DNA from: Phoronis australis
Taxonomy: Eukaryota > Animalia > Phoronida
DNA length: 64,000 bases
NCBI GenBank assembly: GCA_002633005.1
Contig: NMRA01000062.1
Location: 543,981-607,980 of the forward strand
Direction of reading: 5' to 3'
Part shown: in pieces, positions 1 through 13,623 of the stretch
Layout of the letters: each line of letters opens with the position of its first letter
Numbering within the stretch: position 1 is the first letter of the stretch
The notes under the pieces: generated by a model
Told to the model about the DNA's origin: nothing
Seen by the model: only the letters and a program-made list of their open reading frames with translations
Databases searched by the model: none
Made by a program: the position numbers and the translations under genes

Positions 1-2754
1 AATACAAAAGGAAATCTTGCAACATGTACCAAATTGGCGTTTCGGCAGCCATTTTGTCGGCCATATTGGTTTTATTTTATGGAAAATTGGCATCTTTTGA
101 TTGGTATGCCTGTTATGAAAAGTATATAATCAATGACAAACTTTATTGTTTTATTTTTAGCTGTTACATAAGAGTATTATGCCAGAAAACAGTGAATACC
201 GGTTTTGTCGGCCATTTTTCCGCCATCTTGAAAAATCGACTTCCGCCACTCTGATTTCGGTAGATTTTTTTTCTGACACCAAGGGATGTTTGAAGATGCC
301 ATTTATGCAAAACAAAATTCTATTGCAATTTTTTCTAGAGTGGGCCCTCTGGAGCCCCAGAATGACTGGACTATCGGCTATTGTAAACATTACTGCAAAA
401 AAGAAATAGTTGCTTCTACGCCAGTCGCATGACAAGGCTAAAACTCGTTCATAGTCCCCCACATCTCACGTTGTTTTAAAGCTAACCAATGACTCAGTGC
501 CGAGGTTACATCAGCCAGTGATAGAAGCGCATGCTAGCTACTGCCTGGTACCTGCGTGTGATCTCTACACGCAGGGAACCACCGAGTGCCCTGGAATGCC
601 AACTCCTGCACGTGACCAATGTATTATATCACTACCGCTTGCGACCCCTAGCTATAGCCGCAAGAGTTTCACTTTGAATTTCGGCTGTCTGCGCCACTGA
701 ATTTTGATCGAGTGTTGCATTTACCAAATCATGTGTTCCTTTTGATCTTATTGATTTTTGTTACATTACGCGAAAATAAGCCTTCATATCGGAAATCCTT
801 ACAGCGTTTATGAGATTGATGAATAAATTTTAAGAAAAATATCCAGCAAGCCATTTTCGAGAACTCGTGTTCCTAAGTTCAAATTCAGTAGATTTGCCGA
901 AGCCGAGGAAAAGCCGATTAAATAGTGAGCGGTGAAAGTCTCGAGGTTTTCGATTAATTATTCGGTGAAAACTTGTTTTCAGTCAACATAACATGTACAT
1001 GCTTTAACCATGTTCGCTATTTCAACATTCGCTAGCAATTTTAATTGAATTTGCGGTACGCAATTAACTTAATTATCACTAAAACGTTTTAACCTCGTGT
1101 TAAGTAGGTCAGAAGGCAGAGCCAGCAGTAAGTAGACCAATAGTTCATTGTATGCAGACCACATGCCGGAGCGAATGATATCAAGAAATCAGTGCGAAAT
1201 TGACAACAGAAATTGTGTCGGTAGTTAAAGAGCTTCGTGAGCACGAAATTGAAACAATACGAAATTTCAAATTACCGATCAAAATAATGAATGTCTGGGA
1301 GGAATCGATCTTTTTTAACAGCTTGCTCTATTAGTGAACACTAAGTCACAGAGGCAGTTCAGCAACTTGGACTCGGTATATTCGTTCTCAACGATCGTAT
1401 GCATATGAACACACAACTCCTTCCAGATAAAAACTACGTTTTACCTTAGTTTACCGCGGCATTAATCTAAGCTATGTAAACCTCATTGACTCAATATTGT
1501 GTCGATTCGGTGAGAAAAAGGACTGAGGGTACATACGGAACTGCTCTGGGCCTGTCGCCGGGAGATTGATTTGAGTGACAACACTGTAACCTTTGACCTC
1601 GAATAAGTAGTAAACTAATGGGGCTATTCGGAGAATTCTCCCCGCGGTGTCGCTACTGTACTAGTGGTGATTGAATTGCGCATGCGTCGCTGTCTGCATG
1701 TAAAAAGATGGTAAAAAGTCGGAGTTGTTGGCAAAATACGTCGTCGCGCTAAGCCTTATTACTACTAATTTCCCTGGTGCAAATCTTCGACAGGTGGCCA
1801 CAAATTCCCAAAAGACCCAAGGGTACTACATTCGTGGAGAATAGCGATCAAAAGAGTCAACCCACTGACAAAAAGTGTGTGGATGCGGAAGCCCCGTCAG
1901 TGTGTGCTCTATGCATTTCCATTGGGAGACTACATGTAACGTTACTTGGTAAGTTTTTAGCAACCAGTTTCCAGTGGCGGATGTACGTTTTCAGCAAGGG
2001 GGGGGGTTTAGGATTCCCGCCAAGGTCGAATGCTAGGCGCGTTGCGCCGAGCGGGGGGAGGTCGGGAGGGGGGGGTTTCTCCTCCCGTGTAAGATATTTT
2101 TTTGTTTTTTTTAGCCAAATAGTGAAATTTCCATGCATCCAGGTAAGTTTCTGGCACTTAACATGTCTCTGGAGTTTTGATAATTAAAAACCCTTCTCGA
2201 TTTCGTCACATGAACTTGGCACATAAGTTTCGTGAAACCATATTGTGCACATCTGGGTATGAGTCACGCCACCAGCAAAAATTTTTGTTGGAACATCTGC
2301 TTACACACACATTTTTTAGCATACGAAAAGTCGTATACGAAAAAGTGTGGTGTGTATACAGGGGTTTAGACAATTTCCAAATATTCAAGAGCATAATTAA
2401 GGAGCACCGACGGGGCGTAAAAACTTGAATATCAGATGATCGCATAACAGCAGCCTCAAGTTGTTTAAGAACGATGACCTGTACTGTTAGTCCGGAAATA
2501 AACATGTGTTCTGTCTCGTTACGAGAAAAACTGGCGAACGATGGTGCTCTCAACTCATAGTCTATTATTAAAAGCGACAATAAATAATTAGTTATTACTG
2601 TATTAAGCTGAATCACATTGACAACAATTGAAAAACGTCAATTTTATAGGAAACAAATCATCTGAAAACAGTTTCACGAAACCAAAACATCTTTTGCACA
2701 GTGGTGAAGAGATACTCGGGACTAGTTTGCGGAGGGACCAGATATACACTGACA

Positions 2755-3005
2755 GCCGATTTCATAAAGGTGGTTTAAAGTTAAACCAGGTTTAAACTGG
2801 ACTTAGACCAGGTTTAATGATAATCTGCATTTCATAAAGGTGGTTCAACTTTTAGACCAGTGGTCTTGTAAAACCTGGTTTAACTCCAGTTTAGACCTGG
2901 TCTAAGTCAGTTTTCATTTCACCAACGAGGTCTATATTCTTTAGACCTTTATTAAGATCTTAAACCATGTTTAACTTTAGACTTGGTCAGACCCAGGTTT
3001 AACTG
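2755..3005. repeat. Array of short palindromic motifs (AAACCAGGTTT/AGACCTGGTCT), probable MITE arm
   Basis: atttcataaaggtggtt occurs twice, with many ttaaaccaggtttaa-like palindromes; superfamily not determined. Confidence 0.5.
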
Positions 3006-3136
3006 TTAAATATGTCAGACTTGCATGGTATAGATAAAACTGAACAATGCCGCGGTGTGCAATTACGACGCAGTTTTAGAGCGAAAATGGACTATTTTCA
3101 TTATTCAGGTTTACTACGACACGAGATCAAACGTAG

Positions 3137-3294
3137 CAGGGGCGGATCCAGGATTTTTTAAAGGAGAGGGGACGGTCAAGGACTTTTTGGAAGGGGGGAC
3201 CAAGTCAACAATTTGAAAATTATAGATTTGACATCATTAAAACCAAGGTAAAAAGGGGGCTCCGGACCCCTTGACCCCCCTGGATCCCCCTATG
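3137..3294. mobile_element. GC-rich MITE (CAGGGGCGGATCCAGG family), 5-bp TSD CGTAG
   Basis: TIR caggggcggatccagg / cctggatccccctatg; cgtag at 3132-3136 and 3295-3299. Confidence 0.8.
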
Positions 3295-3477
3295 CGTAGA
3301 CCAGTACGTGCTGGAGTGTGTCCTGCGGATTCCTCAGAATATGACTGGTCGAGCAGGGCGTCATCGTCGCAAGCCCTACGGATTTGACTTAAGACAGCAT
3401 ACTCTGGTTCTTCTGACTGCGTTCCACCTCCACTGTTCTCCGATTCAATGTTGCCGGGAAGGGGTCTTGCCCCCCCC

Positions 3478-4431
3478 NNNNNNNNNNNNNNNNNNNNNNN
3501 NNNNNNNNNNNNNNNNNNNNNNNNNNNNNNNNNNNNNNNNNNNNNNNNNNNNNNNNNNNNNNNNNNNNNNNNNNNNNNNNNNNNNNNNNNNNNNNNNNNN
3601 NNNNNNNNNNNNNNNNNNNNNNNNNNNNNNNNNNNNNNNNNNNNNNNNNNNNNNNNNNNNNNNNNNNNNNNNNNNNNNNNNNNNNNNNNNNNNNNNNNNN
3701 NNNNNNNNNNNNNNNNNNNNNNNNNNNNNNNNNNNNNNNNNNNNNNNNNNNNNNNNNNNNNNNNNNNNNNNNNNNNNNNNNNNNNNNNNNNNNNNNNNNN
3801 NNNNNNNNNNNNNNNNNNNNNNNNNNNNNNNNNNNNNNNNNNNNNNNNNNNNNNNNNNNNNNNNNNNNNNNNNNNNNNNNNNNNNNNNNNNNNNNNNNNN
3901 NNNNNNNNNNNNNNNNNNNNNNNNNNNNNNNNNNNNNNNNNNNNNNNNNNNNNNNNNNNNNNNNNNNNNNNNNNNNNNNNNNNNNNNNNNNNNNNNNNNN
4001 NNNNNNNNNNNNNNNNNNNNNNNNNNNNNNNNNNNNNNNNNNNNNNNNNNNNNNNNNNNNNNNNNNNNNNNNNNNNNNNNNNNNNNNNNNNNNNNNNNNN
4101 NNNNNNNNNNNNNNNNNNNNNNNNNNNNNNNNNNNNNNNNNNNNNNNNNNNNNNNNNNNNNNNNNNNNNNNNNNNNNNNNNNNNNNNNNNNNNNNNNNNN
4201 NNNNNNNNNNNNNNNNNNNNNNNNNNNNNNNNNNNNNNNNNNNNNNNNNNNNNNNNNNNNNNNNNNNNNNNNNNNNNNNNNNNNNNNNNNNNNNNNNNNN
4301 NNNNNNNNNNNNNNNNNNNNNNNNNNNNNNNNNNNNNNNNNNNNNNNNNNNNNNNNNNNNNNNNNNNNNNNNNNNNNNNNNNNNNNNNNNNNNNNNNNNN
4401 NNNNNNNNNNNNNNNNNNNNNNNNNNNNNNN
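3478..4431. other. Assembly gap (954 N)
   Basis: Run of N; ORFs spanning it are artefacts. Confidence 1.
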
Positions 4432-5586
4432 CTCAATTTTTTCCAAGTTGGTTTACTTGGGGTTTACACACGCTGGCGGTGCCGTTTTTGTTTTGCTGGA
4501 GATGCTTTTGTTTTTTTTTAATTTTTGTGTCCTGGCCCGAGGGGGGGGTTTAAACCCCCTGAACCCCCCCGTAGATCCGCCACTGGTTTCTATCGACATC
4601 GTTCGGCGATGTTATCCCTACCAGTTACCCCACTGAATAACGGGTGGTTTACCAAGTGGAACTAAGTGTTTCTTTTCGGAAACTCACCAGGGACTCGGAT
4701 GCCGGGTGGGCTAGCAGCACATATTCACATATTCAATTGTTCTGGGTGGGAGTGCGCCCAATATAAGAGGTGTATGGTACGTGACGCTCAGAAGTCAAGG
4801 GTGACTTTTTCACACCAGTTTCTCTTAAAAACTATGCTATGTCCAATAAAAATTCTGTAGATGTGCGACTTTCCTTGTTTTATAGCCGACCCCACCCCAG
4901 GACTACCAGATTTACTTACCCAATTAACAAGAATGAACATGAATAAGCTATTCAGTAAATATCGAAACCTCACCAGCGCAAGATCGATGTTGGCATTCCA
5001 GAGTTCTGATAAAATCAAGATAATGACTGGATTTTCAAAAGCTCACAATGGGATTCGTTTATTTTCATCGCTAGGATCGTCTGAAGATTGGGTCAGAACG
5101 GTTGCCATATTCCTGTGTATTTGCTATGTACTTTAATAGGTTGTTGATGTTTTTTTTTTCGCAAATTACAGTTTGCTGAGCTAGTGATAGGGATCAAAAC
5201 CTGGTGTAACTAATTAGTAGTGATTCTTGAAACCTGTACGTAGGTATGCTGTTTTGGGGACTTATGAACATTTGAAACGAAGTGCTTATCACTTGCAAGT
5301 TTTATACAAAGTTACGGATCTGAATGGAGTTTGCAGTCGACGAAGCTTCAATTTATATTCATTTCAAGTAGGCTTACGCCTGCCGTTAAATTGAAATCAG
5401 ATTGCCGTTAATATATGTCGGATGGCACAACACTTCGATCTCTCTGTGAAAACGCTGTGGTCGGTCACGATATGCGATAATTTCTATTATTGAGGCCGTC
5501 GTTTTTGCATTCGCGAAAGCAAGTCAGAAATGTCTTTGGAAACATTCCTGACAAAAGTACCATCTCGCAACGTCTGTTACAGAGGA

Positions 5587-5657
5587 GGCAGTGTGGCCTA
5601 GTGTGATGGTGCACGCCTTCTTTACTCGAGGTCGTGTGTTCGAGTCCCGCTGGGCCA
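5587..5657 (+). mobile_element. tRNA-derived SINE head (degenerate)
   Basis: A-box-like TGGCCTAGTG and B-box GTTCGAGTCC at tRNA spacing; no intact cloverleaf. Confidence 0.5.
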
Positions 5658-7120
5658 CACTGCTTGACCGTTGAGTCAGGTTTCTCTCTCTTCAGCTCGG
5701 TTTTAACTATATCATAATAAAGCACAAAAATATTTCCAGGTGATCAGTGCAGTGGGCCCTTATGCGCGGCCTGCGCACGTCTGGTACAACGTGTACCAGA
5801 CCGCCTGCATGTATTTTTCTAAAGCGTATGTTACGGAGTTACTTACTTTCCCTTGTGAAGGAAATTTCCAGAAAAATCACAAAATTTACGATATTGAAAA
5901 TACGCGTGAAGGAAAAACTCTGTTGTCACCACAGAATTTCTAATCTCTCTCCCACTTAGATTAATGCGCGCATGCGCTCACATTGATTCGACAAACAGCT
6001 GACAGACAAGAAGGATATAACGCCAGATTTTCGTGTTTAGTCACACTCCGAATTTGAGGTCGACAGCACAGTATGAGGCATGCCAGTGAAGCCAGCAAAT
6101 TTCCAAAAATCAATCCAAGTGCACTAGATTATATTTCAATACTACCATAACTATAACTAATTTTAAACAGTTAGGATTTTTGAATTAATTGCCTCTTAAT
6201 CGGACTGGCTGGTGCTTGAAGTCGCCATTGTTTTGTTTACGTCAAAGGTTAAAGGTCTCAAAGGTGAGCAGGTTAAATTCTGTTTCAGTGGCGGAGAACC
6301 ACTATAAATAATGCAATTTTGTCTGTTTTCGCGTTCCAGGCCTCTTTAATGAAAAAGGCATGTCTTTAATTTTACCCCTATAATCTTGTACATAGTGTAA
6401 GATTTTGAGACTTTCCACCGCTGAAAGTTTTCGTTGTAGTGGAGTGAGACTTAATGTAGATTTGGACACCGAGCCATCCAGGGCTGCCAGTCACAAAGGT
6501 TAAGAACTATCTCTTGTTTGTTCAAAACATTCAATAAGAGCCATCGCCAGCGTAATCAGGCAACTTAAGAAAACAAAACAAAAAACATACAGAAGCTTTG
6601 CCTTGCTCTTAGGTGCCACTATACAGTTATGCTGCAGCAGTCCCAAAATTAAATTTTAGAGGTAAGACAGGATTGGGGGCAGATGTAAAGTAGGCGTCGC
6701 ATGTAGGCTAAGTGATCTGGTTTGAGCTCAAAGACTCATAGTGTGCTTATATTTTCTGTCAAGCTGAGGAGCTGAAGTGCATATATCTGTTGAAGTGGAT
6801 TGTTAGACTACACAGAAACCGAGTGTTCATACCACAACAATTGGCCACGGAGAGAGTCACAACGTCTGATTACGGAGAGATTCGCAACGCCTCCTCACGG
6901 ATGGTCCTGAAATATCTGGTCACGGATAGCGTCGCTACATCTGGTCACGGACAGAGTCACGCCATATTATTATGTAATTGTCTGTTTCTGTGGCATTCTT
7001 ATTCTGGACTAACGTTTTCCAGAATGTTCTACAACATTTAAGAACTTTTATTAAAACACCGTGGACAATGATTCCTGTTTGTTGTTTCTTCCCAGTGTTG
7101 TTTTTATACGCCAGCATGGG

Positions 7121-7369
7121 TTAGTGAGTGAGAATAAAATTGTAGTTATTTTTAAATCAATTCCTCTACTACGTAAAATTCATAATGTTACTGGGGCTCA
7201 GGAAGTGATCACTAATATACCCAATGGATGATATCGCATTAGTGAGTGAGAATAATATTGTTGTTATTTTTAAATTAATTCCCTCAGGTTCTACTAGATA
7301 ATATTTATAATGTTACTGAGGATCAGCAAATGATCACCAATATACCCAATGGATGATATCGCATTAGTG
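7121..7369. repeat. Tandem duplication, about 120-bp unit x2
   Basis: ttagtgagtgagaata...aatatacccaatggatgatatcgca occurs twice in tandem. Confidence 0.85.
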
Positions 7370-8968
7370 TCTGTAAATGTCAATGGCCTCAAGCCAAAAG
7401 TTTAACGTCAGCATTTTTTCATTTTTTGAATAGTCGTAAACATAAAATCGTTTTTCTTCAGGAAACTTATTAGACTCTTGATAGGTATAATTGATGTGGA
7501 AACGTTTGTTTTTCCAATTTTACAACAAACCACAGCAGAGATACAATTCGTACTACAACCAGACTGGTGGATGTTTGTTTTCAGGGATGCCAATGGGAGA
7601 TATAGTATAATTACATTTACTTTCCAGAACGAAGAATTTGCTTTATGTCATACTTTCAAAACAAATTGAGGTATCAGTTTCAGCTTTAAAAGTCATATTA
7701 AATAATAAGTTTGAAAATTTAAGATCTTTTAGAAAACCTGCAAAAATGACTTAAACCATGCCAAAGTTTTCAACGTAGTGACCATGCAGTTGGGTTAGAG
7801 ATAATTCCCATCACCAATGAAATGCAAAAATTGTGAAGAGCTTCTGTTGGATAACAAAGAGTACTGTAATTTGAGTAGTATCCCATGACCAGACAAGTCC
7901 GTCTCACGTTTGGAGTAACTTTGGAACAAAGCGAGCTGAGATGGATCTTCTGAACTTTGCTGAGAAAATTGAAAATATAAAAGTGTTTTCAATATGTGGT
8001 CACGTACAAATCTAACTACAAAAGGTAGAATTATGATAACTAATTAATTTTTGCCCTGGCTAAACTAACTTACGTGCCATCTTTTTCTAAGAAATATATG
8101 ACCTTTTGTCTCATCCTCAGGTGTTGTTGCACTGTAAAGTAGCTTTGGTATCACTTTGCAGTTAGAGCATATAAATATTATCTAAGTAGTAAATTATTTT
8201 ATGTAAGTTTTACTGCTTCGTCCTCATTATCATAATGTTTTGATTCCCGGGTCAGTGGCCTTTCTTGGTCTCCCTCTATTGGTCAGTTTGTACCTCGTGT
8301 TTCCTTGTCTTGTTGCAACACTGAGCCGTCGTCCATATTTCTCTTCTACTCAGTATTTTTCATCCAATTTCTCTATAACCCTCCCTCCCTCAATCCATTT
8401 TATTACCTGTTTCCTCTCAATTGTCGATGTCATGGTGTTGCTTTGGCTGATAGTCACCCACCATATTTACACCTCAACATATTATATAACTTTTGTTTTT
8501 ATCAATATCTGTAGTAGTTCAGTTTGTCATAATATATACATGTACATGCATGGCCTTTTATTTCACCCTCATGTGTTGTTTCACTGTAAACTAGATTCGG
8601 TATCGCTTGCAGCTAGCGCATAAAAAGAGTAAAAACACTCACAATTAAGCGATAAACCTGTTATGATGGTAAGAAACATTTGATTGAGACTGATGTTGCG
8701 TACGTACTTTGAAACCTTCTAGCCGAAGACTCATTATCCTCAACTGACGAAATCCCTTTGCTGTTCTGATTGAAATTCACATATTCACGGATAAGAAACT
8801 ACTTCAAGGCATAATCCGAGGCTATATGAAATTATCGAGGAGTTCCGGATGGTAATGCTTACGCTCACGAGCGTAAACGAGGTCACAGCTACTCACTCTT
8901 TATTAAGCAAGCACACTACTGTTAGTAAAGAGAACTTCGTTCTACAAATAAAACTACTACAGCTAAGT

Positions 8969-9160
8969 GCTACCACCATCACCACCACAACCACCACCAC
9001 CACCACCATTGCTACTATTACTACTAATACTGCTACTGGCGCTGCTACTAGTACTCCTACTCTTGCTATTACTGCTGATGCCTCTACAACAACTAGGCCT
9101 ACTTCTATTACCACAGCCACAACCACCACCACCACCACCACTACCACCACCACCATCACA
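8969..9160. repeat. (ACC/ACT)n trinucleotide low-complexity tract
   Basis: Directly visible; explains the poly-T, poly-P and poly-V ORFs. Confidence 0.95.
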
Positions 9161-12100
9161 GACATAAAACAGTCTGGTAAAGCTAGTAAATGGCCCAGAT
9201 GTTTAGATCGCTTTTTATATTAAGTGGCATGGGTGAAATTGGAATGACCAGACCATTTCACTCAGAGCATATCAGAGGGTTGATATGAGCCCACCGAGGT
9301 CATCGCAGTGGAAGCAGTAGGCCTAGTAGTACTGCAACATTCTAGTTGTAACAGTAAAAGTAGTCGTAGTAGTGGTAATGGCATTCATAATGGTAAGTAG
9401 TATTGGTATATACCGTATTGGTAGTGGTGATGGCAATGATGACGTAGTAGTAGTTACATTAATAGTTAGTAGGTCCTAACCACTTTTCGTTTCAAGACTG
9501 GTAGGAGACGAATTGCTTGACACCATGTAGCGCGTACGATTTGGTACAGTGTATCACACATGTCTACAGTCGGGCCTATTGCTGAAAGGAAATGCGACTG
9601 GTGAGAAAGGAACTGTGTACATGAAAACAGAATTACGACACTCGAGGAAAGAACTACCGCTTCCGTCGCGCGAAAAGCATATTAAAGTCCTAGCTTGCCA
9701 GTGACAACGCCCTTGCGGCCGGAGAAGAAAGAATGCTGTCTATTCTGGTACGCTCTCCAGTGTACACAGTTCCGGATAATATTTGTCATTACTACGACGT
9801 GATATTGTTCACAAACACATGTGATCGTAAATAACTGTGTGTTAAATGACATCCCTCAAAGGAATTGATATTCACCATATATGTTAAGTGTGAAAAAATT
9901 ACATTAAACTCGTCTCTTCTAGGCCTACGCATTGCACGTTTTTGTGATTGTTGATAAAGTTCTGTGGTCGTTTTAGAAATAGTTTTCATCTTGGCCCACG
10001 CATTGGTCAGTTTGAGCTTTTAGTGAGTCGTTTTAAAAACGTTGATCGTTTTTTAAAAGGTCATTACAAACAATGAACTGTGCTTTTGACGATGTTCATG
10101 TGATTTCTATTAGATATATAACCAATTCAGAAACTGCCAAGCCAAACTGACGTATTTATCATGAACTACACCAATGCCTTTCAGCACGCAATTTTTAAGT
10201 CTCCAAGTAATTATGTAAGTGAAGTAAAAACGGACATAAATAACAATTGCGACTAGAAAACAACCACCATCTATTTTTTTAGCGAGAGATTTAATGGTTA
10301 TTGCTTGTGCTACAATCAATTTCGTAATGGTAAATTTGCTTTGCGTTCCTTAGGTAACAAGCTTGATTTTAAAGGGGGACGCTGTTCAGTTGTCGGTATG
10401 ACACATTGTCAAATATTGATACCGAGCCTGAATTGTTGGCAAGTGAGCAGGCGAGTAGAGTCTCAGGCAATGCGTGCACACGTCTTTTTCAGGCGAATTC
10501 TCAATATTAGGATTGGCTTACCGCAATAAAATCTCGAGCGTTTTCTTGAGGTTGATGGTTTGGACGTTGTTTAACGTAAGTGACTTATTTTCCCTGATTT
10601 TTTCGTGATTTAGTTGAATTATTAATTACAGAATACCAATTTCGAACGTCACAGTCAACTAGTCTCAGGCGAAATTCTGATGGGAATAAACCAATGTCAC
10701 CCGGTCCATATAACCACACCTCGCAAAAGAAGTAGGTATACAGAAGGATTTTCACAGAATATGGTGATAGTGCTGTGCATGCCACCGTCTTCACATCTTT
10801 GCCGTACATATTGTAACACTGAATTTGAGGCTTCGTCTGAAGCAACCTCATCCCAGTACACATATAGTAAGCATACAGCATATATCCTCCAGACTCAATT
10901 CTAGCCATGGCATTTTCGTGTTTTATTGTTCTGTAATTAATTATCTATTTCCTTGTTAAATGTTGGTTTTCTTATTCTGCATTCGTGTTCAGATAAACAG
11001 AAATACTGTAGATTGTTAAAAACGCATTAGTTTTGCCAATCGTATTTTTATTTTCTGTTACAAAGGTTTTTTGCAATGAAATAAACCTTTCTTAAGTTTC
11101 ACCCATAAGGGTCATCTTAAGCGTGAGGCAAGAGAATTGCCTAATAATTTGTATGACGAAGAATCTACAATGATTCAAGCTACAAGATGGAATTGTCGGT
11201 GTGAATATGTTGTGGTGACGGGGAGAATCTGTCATGAAACGTTTCAATACTTGACAACGTGTATTTGTAACGATGGAACTCTACACCAGATCAACAGAAC
11301 TTGGATATCACCCAAGTTTAACTATACAAACACATTAAAAATGCAATGGTGCATACATCATTTAGTAATTATGCCGCTTCAAGAAAGTTCAATTCTCTAA
11401 CCATTAAATTGGTTTTGATATGAGGCTCAGGAAACCTGTTCTCCGCGAAGTTGTCTTCTTTAATCATTTCAGTAATGAATATTGTGATTCTTGGGCTATA
11501 TAAGACTTCGCTACCAGTCACTTTCCTCGTCACTTGAGATCACGCACTGTATGGCTGCATAAGCATAGCATCTTGTCAGTTTCGTTATTGAAGCTGCCTC
11601 CCGTTCAGTAACGCTTGAACCTCGCTAAAATGCAAGACTTCGCGAAATCACGTGAGATATTCCCTTGTATTTCAAATGAGAACACGTGACTTTGTCTACA
11701 TTTTAGCTAGGTCCTATTGTAGGTCCTAGCTTTCTGAACACACGGCTGGTTAACGCACATTAGCTTCCCGACTTGGCAGCAGTCGACATGTTTTCACACT
11801 TTCTACCGGTATAGCCACTAGGGGCGCTAATTTCTGCCTGAGCACCTCCGGGTATTCCGAGCTTCTGCTCTTTCCATATCCAAAGTTTTTGGTGCCGCCG
11901 TCTGAACTGGGCATACGGAACTGCCTCAGAACGGCTACGGTACTAGTACTTACAAAAATGCAAGTGGCATTGTACCAGACATTGTACGTTATTAACAAAG
12001 GCAAAATTAAAAAGGTTCTACGTTTTGCGTAATTTCCATGATTTCATGTCTGATAATTGAGGTCTTCAATTTCATTACTTACTCAACAAATTCTGTTACA

Positions 12101-12215
12101 ATTTTTGCCATAAGCCTTTGTTGACATGACACATGACAAATCAGCTGACAAGCTCAAGACGCTTGCCTAGTGTGATTAAATTGACTACTTAATAAAAATT
12201 AAAACCAAGAGACTA

Positions 12216-13623
12216 CATTAAACCTCGATTAAGTCGGACGCTTCAGTAGAATCTTCCCTCAATTCGGACAAAATTCCGTGGAACGGTTGACCTAGCATTA
12301 AGTCCTTAACAAAGTCCTACTTGTAAGTTGGATCTCCTCTCAACTCGGAAGAAATTTGAAGAACATTGAATTGTTGACAAAATTCACCCTTTTTACCTCG
12401 CTTAGGTCAGAGTCCGTCGCATAAACTTTTTTCTCCTAAAAAATCGCCAAACGTGTATGTACATGTTTGACCTTTAATAAGTTACTGACAGCTCGCGTAA
12501 ACCGTAACTGCACGTGGAGTCTTAGCTGATACAGTGTATATCCAGCATGACAAAGTAACCCTATTGTAATCCTAACCCTGAAAGTATACCCTTTCCTAAG
12601 GATTCGGAAATGGCAAAGAGAAATTTGTCAAAGAAGGGAATCTGGTCGTGATAAACCCACCCATCTGAGGGGCATGTATCATATACACCAGCTTCGTTCC
12701 CAAGCCTCAAGATGGCGCTGAGGCTTGGTTATGGGAACACCTTTTTACGGAAATCGCCGGAATATCACGAGTAATATTTTGAAAATTTCTGCAGTTTGAT
12801 ACAAAAGTGAAAACTAATGGTATATTGCAGCAATTTAGGTCTAATTGTTGCAAAATTGACTCGAAAACAGATTGGTTTCTATGATACTATTAACAAAAAA
12901 AGAATTGAAAATAAGCATGCGCGGAATAACCTTTATTTCAAACGATAACCGAAACAATGCTTTCTGCTTCATGATTAGCAGCAACAACGGATGTGGAAAT
13001 AACTAAAAGCTACCTTTGTTTTACTGACATCAAGAAAGCGGCCAGTCATTGCGCAGAAGGTAATTCTCATAATTTTAAGCTTCAAATGGCTAAACCGTGG
13101 CTTGGGAAAGAGGCTGCGCCGTTTACGTCGCCTGTGTAAGAACCCATCAGCTATGAGTTACACGTGCGAAAGCCCTCAGGCCTCGTTAATCTCCAGTAGT
13201 TGTCGGCAAACTGCATACCATTGTTCAGTTGTGAGCTAAAAACTAAGCCAAGAAGTTTGATGATTTACCCAAGTTCGCGGACTCTGTGATACATGCAGTT
13301 ATTCCAATTTCAATTGTGCAAACTGCGCTGTCGGAGAGGCCTTCGCGGTGAAGGCGTGATGGCTAACAAAGTCAGCGACGTCGGCGTTGCTTTGGGTAAA
13401 CATGTGGTCGAAAAAAAAACGATGACAAGTACAGTAAGCAAACATTCGTTTGTTAATTTTAAGTACCCCACTAGCTAAAAATGATTAAGGCCTGGCTAAT
13501 AATCACTGTAGTGGGCATAACCTCAGAGGTCAAACTCGTAGTTGGATCAATCTCCAGACAAGTCGGAAGTCGCTTATCTCGGAGGAAATCTCCCGTTGGA
13601 TCCGAGTTAACTGAGGTTGACTG
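12216..13623. mobile_element. Tc1/mariner (pogo/Tigger-like) non-autonomous element, TA TSD
   Basis: ta|cattaaacctcgattaagtcgga ... tccgagttaactgaggttgactg|ta imperfect TIRs, with internal repeats of the tcgga motif. Confidence 0.7.
12689..13116. mobile_element. MITE nested in the Tigger-like element (Academ-like termini)
   Basis: TIR cagcttcgttcccaagcc / ggcttgggaaagaggctg; flanks cac / cgc may be a mutated 3-bp TSD. The superfamily is inferred. Confidence 0.6.

Noticed and set aside
3237-4636. Long ORFs of 333-442 aa in the ORF track
   Set aside because: They consist almost entirely of X residues from the N gap.
5587-5657. Functional tRNA gene (also 47286-47357 and about 59545-59575)
   Set aside because: A and B boxes are present in part, but acceptor and anticodon stems do not form; these are better explained as SINE heads.
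8849-9223. Mucin-like poly-Thr ORF and overlapping poly-Pro and poly-Val ORFs
   Set aside because: Open frames are produced by a trinucleotide repeat; no splice or domain support.
11814-11829. CTCF-like motif ccactaggggcgct (similar ones near 14884, 19803 and 38250)
   Set aside because: Imperfect matches at about chance frequency; cannot be supported without ChIP data.
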